Source of the DNA: an uncultured Lachnospiraceae bacterium
GTDB lineage: Bacteria; Bacillota; Clostridia; Lachnospirales; Lachnospiraceae
Direction: 5' to 3'
Length of the DNA stretch: 58,370 nucleotides
Assembly: GCA_947624025.1 (NCBI GenBank)
Contig: CANQIJ010000001.1
Span: 1 to 58,370 of the forward strand
Of this stretch, positions 47,401 through 55,922 are shown one piece after another (the stretch's first letter is position 1; every line of letters starts with the position of its first letter). The position numbers and the translations under genes are program-made. Below the pieces are notes generated by a model. That model did no database searches, was not told where the DNA came from, and worked only from the letters and a program-made list of their open reading frames with translations.

Positions 47401-47527
47401 TCTCCGTATTTTGCATCGAAGGCTTTGAAGTTGTACTTGATCCGATTGACGAGTCGATCGAAAGCAGACTCGCCACCGAAATAGTTGTATTGGACGTTTG
47501 TGTTGTTTTTTCGTGCATCATTAACAC
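44459..47527 (-). CDS. virB4: VirB4-family conjugation ATPase
   Basis: NANM.ILGATGAGKT Walker A, IIIEEAW Walker B, RGYGG...TTQ. Start uncertain because it overlaps prgI; 47416 is possible. Confidence 0.92.
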   Translation of the reverse strand: MLMMHEKTTQTSNTTISVASLLSIDSSIGSSTTSKPSMQNTEKNTATSNTEPVSSVLESEVFEEDEYKDGYDTPEYSDMISEETSDDMAADQDTMADADFMQYSDEVNDDTVTDDAGYEKDNTVSGSAQDRAEALKKIKGIHLSVSTDPESGEKKSVAESMLTSLKESEKVNQAIGTGYRSIKKAVTNKEKKKKARKERRIRQGFSQDAIPIKQVKNGIIQTTSGMFIKILEVLPVNFSDMSLTKQDRIARIFASIFNEGPSQVHLKCICDKNNPARMIAHIKQKCEEEKWQRGVSDGFVECAQDLIQKIKSISSDATVSKRYFFIFRYEGTSSDAQDIWSDLETTKGAIVQAFSECGNSVVDYAIDRSSYEIGEILYYILNRRSCRNEFFQDRINRMIGDVDFYNSTSKSKKQKSTIDMDFLAPKGLTFNSQEYVMIDGQYVTYFALKEFGHPGITYIGWTDLLMALGDGIDLDIYISRKNHDTTVSALSQYTRIQTVDLKNTQSSAKRENLLTKVQNKTYIVDHMNHGENLFDVVILISLRADSIMELRQKKQFFIKDMATKKLYMEDAYGNVRKFFNMTLPLFEVAGDIFRRNKRNYLTSSLGSLYLFTSFEFNDYTGAPLGQNAMAGNLSLVTINPFNTAYFTNANMTILGATGAGKTYTQNIIARSLRISLCRIFLIIPLKGHESYRGCMHIGGSFIHLYPGSKDCINICEIRPEAQIDRDMLHEESNVTSSLLSGQISYLLTWINLNLKDQPMSDMEHDLVQEELYTLYNRFGISHDNDSIYDENGEIKYMPIIGDIYDRLVVYPELDRITKALSKYVFGNCSNLNGPTNVDLENKFIVFYIDENNIPEDLLPSFFYIPIQCTYGLVKQNRLSLDTIIIEEAWKLMKYKEAALEIKEMVKIVRGYGGSICITTQDIDDLMADETGRAVVYGTAIKFVMYMEEPQARKVAENLGLNDDDVDMITHFKPGQAMLLTRHAKICINILPSAMEDRDFTTDPNKLKYYAQLEEKATKSVKN

Positions 47528-47825
47528 TCCCTAATCTAAAATGTTTTCGATCATGTCTGCTTAAGATCATTTCTAAGATCACCTGCAGGACACTTCTGTT
47601 TTTGATTCCGCGCAGAAAAAAAAGAGCTTCTGCCAGGCACAGGACAATAATAATGATAACTTTGATCTGAGTTACAAAATTTGTGTGGATCACGATGGCG
47701 ACCGTGATAGCGCAGAAAATGGCTGCTTCCACCCACCGGATCCAGTCTATTGTCAGGATCTTGCCTTTTGTCAGTGCATTTTGCGGAATTATCCGTTGGT
47801 TTTTTTCTATTTCTCCTACTACCAC
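47376..47825 (-). CDS. PrgI-like (VirB3-like) membrane protein
   Basis: 'IIPQN...G.I', two TMs and 'GI.N.S' motif; immediately upstream of virB4. Confidence 0.65.
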   Translation of the reverse strand: MVVGEIEKNQRIIPQNALTKGKILTIDWIRWVEAAIFCAITVAIVIHTNFVTQIKVIIIIVLCLAEALFFLRGIKNRSVLQVILEMILSRHDRKHFRLGSVNDARKNNTNVQYNYFGGESAFDRLVNRIKYNFKAFDAKYGEEHSNIEH

Positions 47826-47897
47826 TGTTTCCCCTCCTTTCTTACATGGATATCTTAGTTATAGTATACTATACTATAACCGGAAATTTTTGCAACA

Positions 47898-47944
47898 AAA
47901 AAGTGCTTTTTCTAAGTTTAAAATCTTAGGAAAAGCACTCTTTT
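47898..47944 (-). terminator. Terminator-like hairpin
   Basis: AAGTGCTTTT.CTAAG / CTTAG.AAAAGCACT stem. Confidence 0.6.
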
Positions 47945-47964
47945 CGCTTCGGAGCTTCTAAAAA

Positions 47965-48441
47965 TCAATAAACAGTATCCAAAATGGCAAAGGTAAATTC
48001 TTTGGTATCAACGCGGTATCTGATCTCCAGGTATTTTTCCGTATCATCGAGAGAACAAAGAAACCGAGGATAGGTCTTGTCTGATGAAATGGTATCTTTC
48101 AGAATGGTCAGCTCATGATAGCCGCCATAGCCGTGTTCATTTAAAAACTCGGCGGTATGGATGCTGATACTGCCAACCGCATTCACCGGAAGAATATCAT
48201 ACAGGAGCTCATAATTTACGATATCAACATTGTTGGGATCCAGTTCAGAACCGGGTTCTTTGGATGGCTCATACTGGTCTGTTAAGTCTTCCTGAGGTTC
48301 TTCGGGTTTTGTATACGTGAACGTTCCTATGGTTTTATCTGCGTTTTCTTTATCAGTACCCGGTCTGGTCAAAAACAGTAACAGTCCGACACTGAAAACA
48401 GATACGAACACCATGATAAGGATCACTTTCTTTCTTTCCAT
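47965..48441 (-). CDS. Membrane-anchored hypothetical T4SS-associated protein
   Basis: N-terminal TM; located within the transfer operon. Confidence 0.65.
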   Translation of the reverse strand: MERKKVILIMVFVSVFSVGLLLFLTRPGTDKENADKTIGTFTYTKPEEPQEDLTDQYEPSKEPGSELDPNNVDIVNYELLYDILPVNAVGSISIHTAEFLNEHGYGGYHELTILKDTISSDKTYPRFLCSLDDTEKYLEIRYRVDTKEFTFAILDTVY

Positions 48442-48461
48442 ATACTATCCTTGCTCCCTTC

Positions 48462-50555
48462 CTAGCGGTATCCATAACTCTGGATTTTATCGATAAGATA
48501 GACCGCTTCTTTAAATGTCATGATTTCGTTATTCCTGTTGGGATCATTTACAAAAAATAATCCGGTACTGCCGTCGGATGTGATCGGAATATCCTCGCTG
48601 GAGCCGGACCGCTGAAAACCGTGAAGGACTACCCAGTGTCCGTTTTTTGTTGAAAAATGCTCACTGCTGTTTGGCTTGATATGCGCGATCACGAGCTGCT
48701 TATTGATCAGGGCACCGGTGATCTTGGTCAGGTCAGAATGCTGTGCAAAATTGCCATCATCCAGATAATGCCAAAAACCGTATTCTTCAGATAGAGCAGG
48801 CCGGTTCAGAAGTCCTCCATATTTTTCATTCATCCGATCAAGGAGCAAACCGGGATCAACGGAACTATCCCCAAAGAAATTAACGACCATCGCCATGGAT
48901 GTCACGCAGCAGCCCTGTGACTTCATGGTGCCATCTAAATATTTCCGTAATCCCCATTTGGGATCCGCCTGTTTAAACAGGGCAACCTCATAATACACGT
49001 AATCCTCCGTGATCACTAAAGAATCCAGGATGTCTTTCATGTACATGTCACCTGCATCCATAGTGATCTCGCCAGTTTGTCGTTCGTATGGGATGAGCTG
49101 TGTCCTTTCCTCAGTTCCCCAGAACATGTCCGGTTGATAGCATCTGGTGAAATATTCCTGATATTCCATAGCCTTCCAGTTGGTCATGTTCGGAAGAATT
49201 TCCGATACGGAATAGGGATCGATGGAAAAATAATCAAACAGTTCCAATAGACCGTAAGAAGACACGGTAACTTCACCGTAAATAATCGTATCAAAATAAG
49301 CTTCCGCAGCTTCCCCGGTTATATCGGTTGTTGTTCCATCGGCGTGAGTAATCGTAACGGATTTATCAGAATGGACCTCACAGGATTCTCCTTCGCCAAG
49401 CATGGATTCATTGACAACATATTTTTCCGCTTTATCAACCTTAAGCGTGTACAGGGTACGCAGAAACTCTTTATCTTCGTAAAGCTTCTGAAACTCGCTA
49501 TACTCAAAGGATTTCCAGTCTTCCTCTACGGACCAGTCTTCCGACAAGGATATGACATTAAAGATCTCTGCATAGTTAATATTGCAGTTTTCCCCATCGA
49601 GTTCATACGGAAACTTCGATTCTGCATAACTTTCCATGGTAAGTTCCATGTCGTATTCCTGTTCCATGGCGATCTGATAAACTTCATCCTTACACACATC
49701 GGTATAAGCTTTTTCAATCGCATCCTGAAGATCTGAAATAAAAACTTCCTGTATGTCTTCATAGGATGCGCTCTTGTCCAACCGGCCTTCAAGTCCTTTC
49801 ACAATGTCAACACCGGACTGGAAGAGCTTAAAAACTGCCATGATGGGAGCGGCAATCGATGCGACCATCTGAGTCACCAGGATCAGGACAATCATAAGGA
49901 GAGCAGCAAGTGCAGCTATGATACCAATGACAATCTTAATGGCGATATTGTCGTCTGCAATGCCGTTTTTCTTTTCTTTACCCTGACCGTTTGCTTTGCC
50001 TTTCGCAGAAACCGCATCGGCGGCGTCATTCATTTCCTTCGCGTTTTTAGCTTTTTCTGCCGCCTGTTTCCCGGCTCCAACCGCAGCACCAGCGGCGGCG
50101 CCGATCGCGGTGCCAATTCCTGGTACAACCGATCCGGCCGCAGCACCAGCGGCAGCGCCTCCGCCGGCAGATGCTCCGGCAGTTGCGGCGCCAGCAGCTG
50201 CTGCAGAAGCCCCGGCTCCGGAAGCACCTGCAGTTCCTCCGGCAGCGGCGGCGCCAGATCCTGCAGCGCTGCCAGCGGCAATACTACCGGATGCACCGCT
50301 TCCCGCTGCAGATGCCTGGGAAATGTTATGGCCTGCTTCCGCAAGATTCCCAGTCTGTCCGGTAGGTTTCTGGCTGGACACTGCTGTTGATTCCATACCC
50401 GAAGATCTTTTGACAGTGCCGTTATCGCCAGAAGAATCCTTATGTACAGCCTTTTTGATCCCGTCGGATATATGAGAGGACATATCGGAGGAAACAGAAG
50501 GAGAAGACTGCTGTTCCTGATCATCTTTTTCCTGATCATCGTACTCATATGCCAT
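48462..50555 (-). CDS. Conjugation wall-hydrolase-like protein with C39-like peptidase domain
   Basis: Ala/Gly-rich N-terminus and TM; C-terminal Q.DP.W, GCCVTSMAMV, GHWVV and NDP (Cys-His-Asp triad). Confidence 0.75.
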   Translation of the reverse strand: MAYEYDDQEKDDQEQQSSPSVSSDMSSHISDGIKKAVHKDSSGDNGTVKRSSGMESTAVSSQKPTGQTGNLAEAGHNISQASAAGSGASGSIAAGSAAGSGAAAAGGTAGASGAGASAAAAGAATAGASAGGGAAAGAAAGSVVPGIGTAIGAAAGAAVGAGKQAAEKAKNAKEMNDAADAVSAKGKANGQGKEKKNGIADDNIAIKIVIGIIAALAALLMIVLILVTQMVASIAAPIMAVFKLFQSGVDIVKGLEGRLDKSASYEDIQEVFISDLQDAIEKAYTDVCKDEVYQIAMEQEYDMELTMESYAESKFPYELDGENCNINYAEIFNVISLSEDWSVEEDWKSFEYSEFQKLYEDKEFLRTLYTLKVDKAEKYVVNESMLGEGESCEVHSDKSVTITHADGTTTDITGEAAEAYFDTIIYGEVTVSSYGLLELFDYFSIDPYSVSEILPNMTNWKAMEYQEYFTRCYQPDMFWGTEERTQLIPYERQTGEITMDAGDMYMKDILDSLVITEDYVYYEVALFKQADPKWGLRKYLDGTMKSQGCCVTSMAMVVNFFGDSSVDPGLLLDRMNEKYGGLLNRPALSEEYGFWHYLDDGNFAQHSDLTKITGALINKQLVIAHIKPNSSEHFSTKNGHWVVLHGFQRSGSSEDIPITSDGSTGLFFVNDPNRNNEIMTFKEAVYLIDKIQSYGYR

Positions 50556-50575
50556 GGAGCATTCATTCCTTTCGT

Positions 50576-52633
50576 TTAGAATTTCTTTTTCCTTGCGGTC
50601 CTATCATCGATGTAATCTCCCTGTTTCTGTGGAATAACATCAACCTTCATCGTTCCATAATCACCCATGTTTACCAGGTTTGCACGAGAAGAGGATGAGA
50701 TATCTCTGTCTGTTGGCCTGCTTAATACAACGGTCCCCGTGCCATATGCAGAAGTATAATCAAATCGGCGTTCTCCCCTGTCCGTATCGATGACGCCTTT
50801 CCCACCAGGTACAGCACCGGGCGGCAGCATACCGGAAATACTGTTGTAAGGTGATCCGGACGCAAAGATCTCGCTTTGCGAACTGGCAGGAAGATCTATG
50901 CTTCCTACCGTGTACGATCTGCCGGGATCAGACATGTTGGTTGCAAATTTCAGGTTATTGCCAGAATCATAGCAGTGCATGATCCCATCAGATATACCAA
51001 CACTTGTGATGTTCGCATCGGCGAATTTTTGGTTATCAACCGGGAAGTTTGTCAAGGTTGATACAATGGATTGCTGACCGGGTTCCATTTTGGAAAAATC
51101 ACATTGAATGGTACCTTCATATCCTCCAGCAGCTGTGGTTGAGATGTAACGTTTACTGCCGCCAAAGTTATCCACAATGCCATACTGTTTTGCATTCGGA
51201 TCCACCTCAGTTCCAGCCTTGAAGTTGATGACCTTACCATCGTGTTCTGCCATTCCCGTAACAGATCCATCGAAATTAAAGTGGGCTGATGTAATCTCGT
51301 CTGCCCTCAGTCCGCCTGTAGCATAGGCAAATGCATCGTAGCCATTTTCTGTCATCATCTGTTTGATAGCATCAGTTTGGATATTGGTCGGAACGTTTTT
51401 AAGATTCATGACCTGACCAGATTTTGCGAGGTCAGCAACCCTGTCAACCATATGAGCATATTGGGAACTGCTGCTGTGACCGACATTGGCAAATCCTTCC
51501 TGTTCGCCAAATGCACGGATCGTCTGTGCCCGGGTAGGCATCTGCCCGTGCGAAAGAGATTTTAAATGGGTACCTAGAGATGCCATGCCGATATTTCCTT
51601 TGGCACCACCGGCTCTTTCCAACACGTTGCCGGCAAATCCGCCGCCCTTTTTCAGTAACATACCAAGACCCATGGCACCTGCACCGATGGAATAGAGAAG
51701 AGATCCACCTGTTTGTGCGACGGAAAGACCCATTGCCCTCAGCTGCGCCTCCAGGTTTTCGACCTGCTTCATAAAAGCGAGAAGGATCAATGCATCACCA
51801 AGATGCATCCAGGCTCCGTTAGAGATCATTGCACAGACCATATACAGGTACACCCGGCAAAATAAAACCGTGAATAGGGTGGTAATGTACATCCGAATAA
51901 AGTTCTGCAGAATATTGGAAGTGGTTCTACTGGCCCAAGTGGCAAATGCTACAGGAGAAGCGATGATCAATAGCTGTGAAAGCACATACCGTTCAATGAT
52001 CTTAAGCAGCAGTTTTACAAACCCGATTCCAACTGCTATCAGTGCGATAATCTGAATCAGACAGCTTGAGGTCATTAAATCCCCAAGCATATCCATGGAG
52101 GAACCAAGAAAATCGGCAACATTGGAGGATTGACCAATGGCAGTATTCAATGACTGCGAAAATTCTTCAGAAAATCTTGCTGCAAGAGATTTGGCTCCTT
52201 CCGAGTTAAAGGAAGCATTACAGATGTAATCGTTTAGGATCCCGCACAGAGGTCTTGCTATGCCAACCAGAGCACAGGTAATAAAAAACCGAACAACGAG
52301 TTCAATAATGTTATTTTTTTGATCGACCATAGGACCCATAGTTGTTAGAAACGCGTGATACAAAAACAAAAACAGAGTCAGCAGTGCTCCTGTCCAAAGA
52401 AATACGTTAAATAAAGGAGCGCTGTAGTTGGAAGCTCCATCGCCAAGCAGAGCATAGAATTTTGAACTGGATGCATCAAAACTTTTCAAAAACCAGTTTA
52501 TAACAGATAAAAAGATTTTAGTAATTTGTAAGTAAATATAATTGGTGGTCCCATCTATCATTGGTTCTACAAGATCCGTATAAGGCAATGTAGAACACAT
52601 TGCGGGAGAGAGAAGTGACGTCAAATAGATCAC
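50576..52633 (-). CDS. VirB6/TrbL-like polytopic membrane protein
   Basis: Six to seven TMs, 'ERY....L...SPVAFA..AS..T...L.NF.RM' motif and a long soluble C-terminus. Confidence 0.75.
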   Translation of the reverse strand: MIYLTSLLSPAMCSTLPYTDLVEPMIDGTTNYIYLQITKIFLSVINWFLKSFDASSSKFYALLGDGASNYSAPLFNVFLWTGALLTLFLFLYHAFLTTMGPMVDQKNNIIELVVRFFITCALVGIARPLCGILNDYICNASFNSEGAKSLAARFSEEFSQSLNTAIGQSSNVADFLGSSMDMLGDLMTSSCLIQIIALIAVGIGFVKLLLKIIERYVLSQLLIIASPVAFATWASRTTSNILQNFIRMYITTLFTVLFCRVYLYMVCAMISNGAWMHLGDALILLAFMKQVENLEAQLRAMGLSVAQTGGSLLYSIGAGAMGLGMLLKKGGGFAGNVLERAGGAKGNIGMASLGTHLKSLSHGQMPTRAQTIRAFGEQEGFANVGHSSSSQYAHMVDRVADLAKSGQVMNLKNVPTNIQTDAIKQMMTENGYDAFAYATGGLRADEITSAHFNFDGSVTGMAEHDGKVINFKAGTEVDPNAKQYGIVDNFGGSKRYISTTAAGGYEGTIQCDFSKMEPGQQSIVSTLTNFPVDNQKFADANITSVGISDGIMHCYDSGNNLKFATNMSDPGRSYTVGSIDLPASSQSEIFASGSPYNSISGMLPPGAVPGGKGVIDTDRGERRFDYTSAYGTGTVVLSRPTDRDISSSSRANLVNMGDYGTMKVDVIPQKQGDYIDDRTARKKKF

Positions 52634-52657
52634 CGTTCCTTTCTTGCGCTATATTTC

Positions 52658-52686
52658 AAAAAGGCTGCTGTTCAGCAGCCTTTTTG
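52658..52686. terminator. Intrinsic terminator
   Basis: AAAAGGCTGCTG-tt-CAGCAGCCTTTT. Confidence 0.75.
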
Positions 52687-52697
52687 ATTGTAAGATT

Positions 52698-53114
52698 TTA
52701 ATTACCGCCACTACCTTTCATCCAGTCGGATATACTGTCTGCTGTTGTACCTAACACGCCGCCATCCGTACCAATTACTTTAAATACGACATAAACTACG
52801 ATACAGCCGACAAGACTCCATTTGGCGAATGCAAGCATTTTGTCATTCTTTGAAAAAAACAAAAGAAATAAATCAATAGCGACAAGCAGCCAGCAGAGAC
52901 TGTCACAGTAAAGACTGGAAAAATTGCTTAAAAGATTCTGTACCGTTGTCTTTGCATTGGTCGTAAGCTGAAGATCACCGGCTCTTATCATACCCTGTGC
53001 GAATAAAAAGCCGGGAAGGGCGGAAGCTTTTGCTATGATTTCGCATTTCCGATTCTGATAATAGTCGAAAAAAACATTCTTATCAGAGGTTCTTGCTTTT
53101 ACTTTTACCTGCAT
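52698..53114 (-). CDS. Small 2-TM protein (VirB2/pilin-like by position)
   Basis: Two hydrophobic helices; first gene of the T4SS unit; AAAGGAG RBS. Confidence 0.5.
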   Translation of the reverse strand: MQVKVKARTSDKNVFFDYYQNRKCEIIAKASALPGFLFAQGMIRAGDLQLTTNAKTTVQNLLSNFSSLYCDSLCWLLVAIDLFLLFFSKNDKMLAFAKWSLVGCIVVYVVFKVIGTDGGVLGTTADSISDWMKGSGGN

Positions 53115-53224
53115 TTTATATTCTCCTTTCTGCTAGTATAGTATACTATGAGAATAGCACACCTGGAATCATTTGCAAGCACTTTTTGTATAATATACCA
53201 AAAAGAAGATAAAATGGGCTTATT

Positions 53225-53337
53225 TGTTAAATTATTAACACTCAAATTGATTGATAATTTTTTGTCAATTAAAATAGAACGAATCTTTGTGAAATATTTA
53301 TCACTCAATTTGATTGATAATATTTTCACAAAGATTC
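53225..53337. repeat. Two further copies of the 23-bp quasi-palindrome
   Basis: Cores at 53235-53257 and 53298-53320 (63 bp apart); the second sits inside a 57-bp inverted repeat (53281-53337). Confidence 0.8.
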
Positions 53338-53393
53338 AAAAAAAAAGATACGAGTCTGTTCTGGACCCGTATCCTTATAGACTATTAATCTGA

Positions 53394-53903
53394 TTAATCT
53401 AACATGGAACCAAAGCCGGAGGCAAGGGAATCTAAAAACGCATCGTTCTCATCGGGTTCTGAAGGAACAAGATCCTTCCCGGATTCCGTGATCTCTTTTT
53501 CTTCCACCACAGGAGCCTGCACAGGATTGACCCCATAGGCGGAGGGATGCGGGATCATCTGCTGCGGCATCATCACAGGGTAGGGAAAGGGAAAAGGGGA
53601 CATAGGAGTCTGTAACATTCCCTGAGAGGACTGAAACTTTTTCATTGCGATCATATTCATTGCCTGTGATTTCGCCAGCATATCAGAATTATTACTGTCG
53701 ATGTAGCTGTTAATTACGAAAAGAAAATGATCATAGGGCGTGTTCTCGTCCAACTCATATTCCTTAAAAAAATCATCAAGGAGCTTTATGACCAGGTGTG
53801 ACTGGGAATATCTTACTTTATCCAAAAGGCGGTAGACATTCATTTCATATTCGTTGGTTGTATGAAACATGAGGGATTTCTGAACCCAGTTTTGTTTTTT
53901 CAT
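53394..53903 (-). CDS. Putative ParR-like adaptor
   Basis: Directly downstream of parM; compact N-terminal domain and Pro/Met/Gln-rich disordered tail. Confidence 0.45.
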   Translation of the reverse strand: MKKQNWVQKSLMFHTTNEYEMNVYRLLDKVRYSQSHLVIKLLDDFFKEYELDENTPYDHFLFVINSYIDSNNSDMLAKSQAMNMIAMKKFQSSQGMLQTPMSPFPFPYPVMMPQQMIPHPSAYGVNPVQAPVVEEKEITESGKDLVPSEPDENDAFLDSLASGFGSMLD

Positions 53904-53906
53904 CTT

Positions 53907-54896
53907 TTATTCTCCCTTCTGTGCAAGCGACAGCCGCAGCATTCTTGTGTATCCTTTTGCGTTGGCTCTGGTATCCGAAACAAAATGAACAATATCTTTG
54001 CGGATCTGATTGTTATTTAATATGTACTTTTTTAGAACGATTGACCCGCCGCCGACAAAAATGCAGGGATAAGAGGTAAAAGCAATCTTAGCCTGGCGCA
54101 TGGCAGAGATGATCTTGGTGGCGTGTCTGTTCGTCATATCAAGGATTACCTCAACAACGTTATCGGGAAGAACATGAGCCCGACCGCTTAAGACATCTTC
54201 GATCAGACTGTAATCGATCGCCATATCAAAGTCTTTATATACCTTATCAATAATACTGTCATACAGAATAATGATGCCTAATTCCAGGGAATGCATATCT
54301 TTTTGCGGCTTACCGTCGACAAACTGTGCAATATCAAGCGTGTATCCGCCAATATCGAAAATATAATAGGTTCGATATTCATTAAGAATGGAACCTCCGA
54401 TACTTGCAGCTGCAGCGCCGCCCTGGGGATAGATCTGTACGGATTCCATAGTAAAATGAAAATGGTATTCGTTGTAAAGGTAATCAATTCCGTTTCCCAG
54501 ATGTTTCTGATAGTAGTCGGTAAGCTTCTTGACGTCGGTTTTCCTGTAGTGAGCGATGGGTAGACCGGCGCCGAGGGCGATCCTGTCAATCTTATCAATG
54601 CGCTGCTGGACAGCATCATGATCCTCGGTGTCTTTCGTAATTTTATATAGGATCTCCTTTGCTATGGCAATAAGGGTCAGCACAAGGCATCTTTCGTCTT
54701 GTGTTTTGTCAGCCATGTAGTAAAGCCTTTCGTTCGTTACGACATAGTATTTCCCGTCCAGACAGAGCCATTCCTTGGCCAGCAGCTGTTTCTCTGTAAA
54801 GGGTCCTTCGTACCCGCTTGGTGTAGTGGTGTGAGGACTTTTGGTATCATAGTTGCCGACATCGATGCCGACAAGATATAGTGGATTTTTTTTCAT
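53907..54896 (-). CDS. parM: ParM/StbA actin-like partition ATPase
   Basis: GIDVGNYDTK, GLP, PQG, DIGGYTLD, VGGGS and ANAKGY actin-fold motifs. Confidence 0.9.
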   Translation of the reverse strand: MKKNPLYLVGIDVGNYDTKSPHTTTPSGYEGPFTEKQLLAKEWLCLDGKYYVVTNERLYYMADKTQDERCLVLTLIAIAKEILYKITKDTEDHDAVQQRIDKIDRIALGAGLPIAHYRKTDVKKLTDYYQKHLGNGIDYLYNEYHFHFTMESVQIYPQGGAAAASIGGSILNEYRTYYIFDIGGYTLDIAQFVDGKPQKDMHSLELGIIILYDSIIDKVYKDFDMAIDYSLIEDVLSGRAHVLPDNVVEVILDMTNRHATKIISAMRQAKIAFTSYPCIFVGGGSIVLKKYILNNNQIRKDIVHFVSDTRANAKGYTRMLRLSLAQKGE

Positions 54897-55057
54897 AGGA
54901 ACCTCCCAATAAGTTTTTAGTAATAGTATACTATACTATAATTATGTAATTGTCAACTTATTTGTATTAAACTGGCAATTTTTTATGAGATTCTATTATT
55001 TTTTATTTTTGATCTTCCACAGTTCGTATAATTGAAAAGATTTTTGTATAATATCCA

Positions 55058-55085
55058 TTGACATTATGGGATTATATGGTATGAT
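55058..55085 (+). promoter_or_regulatory. parAB promoter
   Basis: TTGACA-16-TATGAT with extended TG. Confidence 0.6.
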
Positions 55086-55103
55086 GCTTTTGGGAGGATT
55101 GAT

Positions 55104-55922
55104 ATGAAAACAGTAGCCATATATAACAGAAAAGGCGGTGTCGGCAAGACGGTATCGTGTGTCAACATAGCTGGATGTCTGGACAAGATCATGGGCAAAA
55201 AGGTGTTAATAGTAGATACGGATGCTCAGGCGAACGCGACATCCTATCTCATGCTCCACGATATAGACAGGGTACGTTACAGTCTGATGGATCTGTTTGG
55301 GGATCCGGAGATCACGCCGGACAAGATTATCTATAAAGCGAGGATACCGGACAAGAAAAATGAAAAACTGGTAGAATCGAATATCTATCTTGTACCTGCT
55401 GTCAGGGAACTGGATAAGATATCGGCCAGCAATATGTATATTTTGCGTGACTTTCTTGCAAAGATAGAAGATCGGTTTGATTATTGCCTGATCGACTGTC
55501 CGCCGTCCGTGACAGACATGACGATCAATGCGCTATGTGCAGCCAATTATCTGATGATACCGGCGTTAGCCGGAAGGGATTCCGTTACGGGCTATGGAAT
55601 CGTCGTTTCTGAGATCGATGCCATGAAGCAAAACGGGTTTAATGTGAATTTAAAGATCCTGGGGGTTTTTCTCAACCGTGTCGATAAAAGACGTGCCCTG
55701 GAAGAATACTACAGGAATTTCTGGCAGGGCAACGGTAAAAAATCCGCACATTTCGCTCATTCTGTCAGAGACACGTCCGATATTGTGAATGCACAGGAAT
55801 TTGGTATGCCGATCCATTATTACAAAAAGAGTGCTGTGGCGGAAGATTATGTGGATTTAGCAAGAGAACTAAACTTTAAAATTCTATCTTATGAGAATAA
55901 GGTAAAAAAAGGAGGTAACTGA
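55104..55922 (+). CDS. parA: ParA/Soj Walker-type ATPase
   Basis: KGGVGKT, D.D.QAN and IDCPP motifs. Confidence 0.95.
   Translation: MKTVAIYNRKGGVGKTVSCVNIAGCLDKIMGKKVLIVDTDAQANATSYLMLHDIDRVRYSLMDLFGDPEITPDKIIYKARIPDKKNEKLVESNIYLVPAVRELDKISASNMYILRDFLAKIEDRFDYCLIDCPPSVTDMTINALCAANYLMIPALAGRDSVTGYGIVVSEIDAMKQNGFNVNLKILGVFLNRVDKRRALEEYYRNFWQGNGKKSAHFAHSVRDTSDIVNAQEFGMPIHYYKKSAVAEDYVDLARELNFKILSYENKVKKGGN

Noticed and set aside
49996-50566. Ala/Pro-rich antisense and alternative-frame ORFs over the Ala/Gly linker
   Set aside because: Shadow frames of GC-rich low-complexity codons in 48462-50555.
53034-53046. Partial match of the upstream guide (AATGCGAAAT.AT) in the 5' part of the pilin-like gene
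   Set aside because: Only 12/13 nt and it excludes the PAM-proximal first bases; expected by chance.
53105-53393. Mirror-like ORF pair (74 aa minus, 81 aa plus)
   Set aside because: Arises from the AT-rich palindromic repeats; the region is better explained as binding sites and a promoter.
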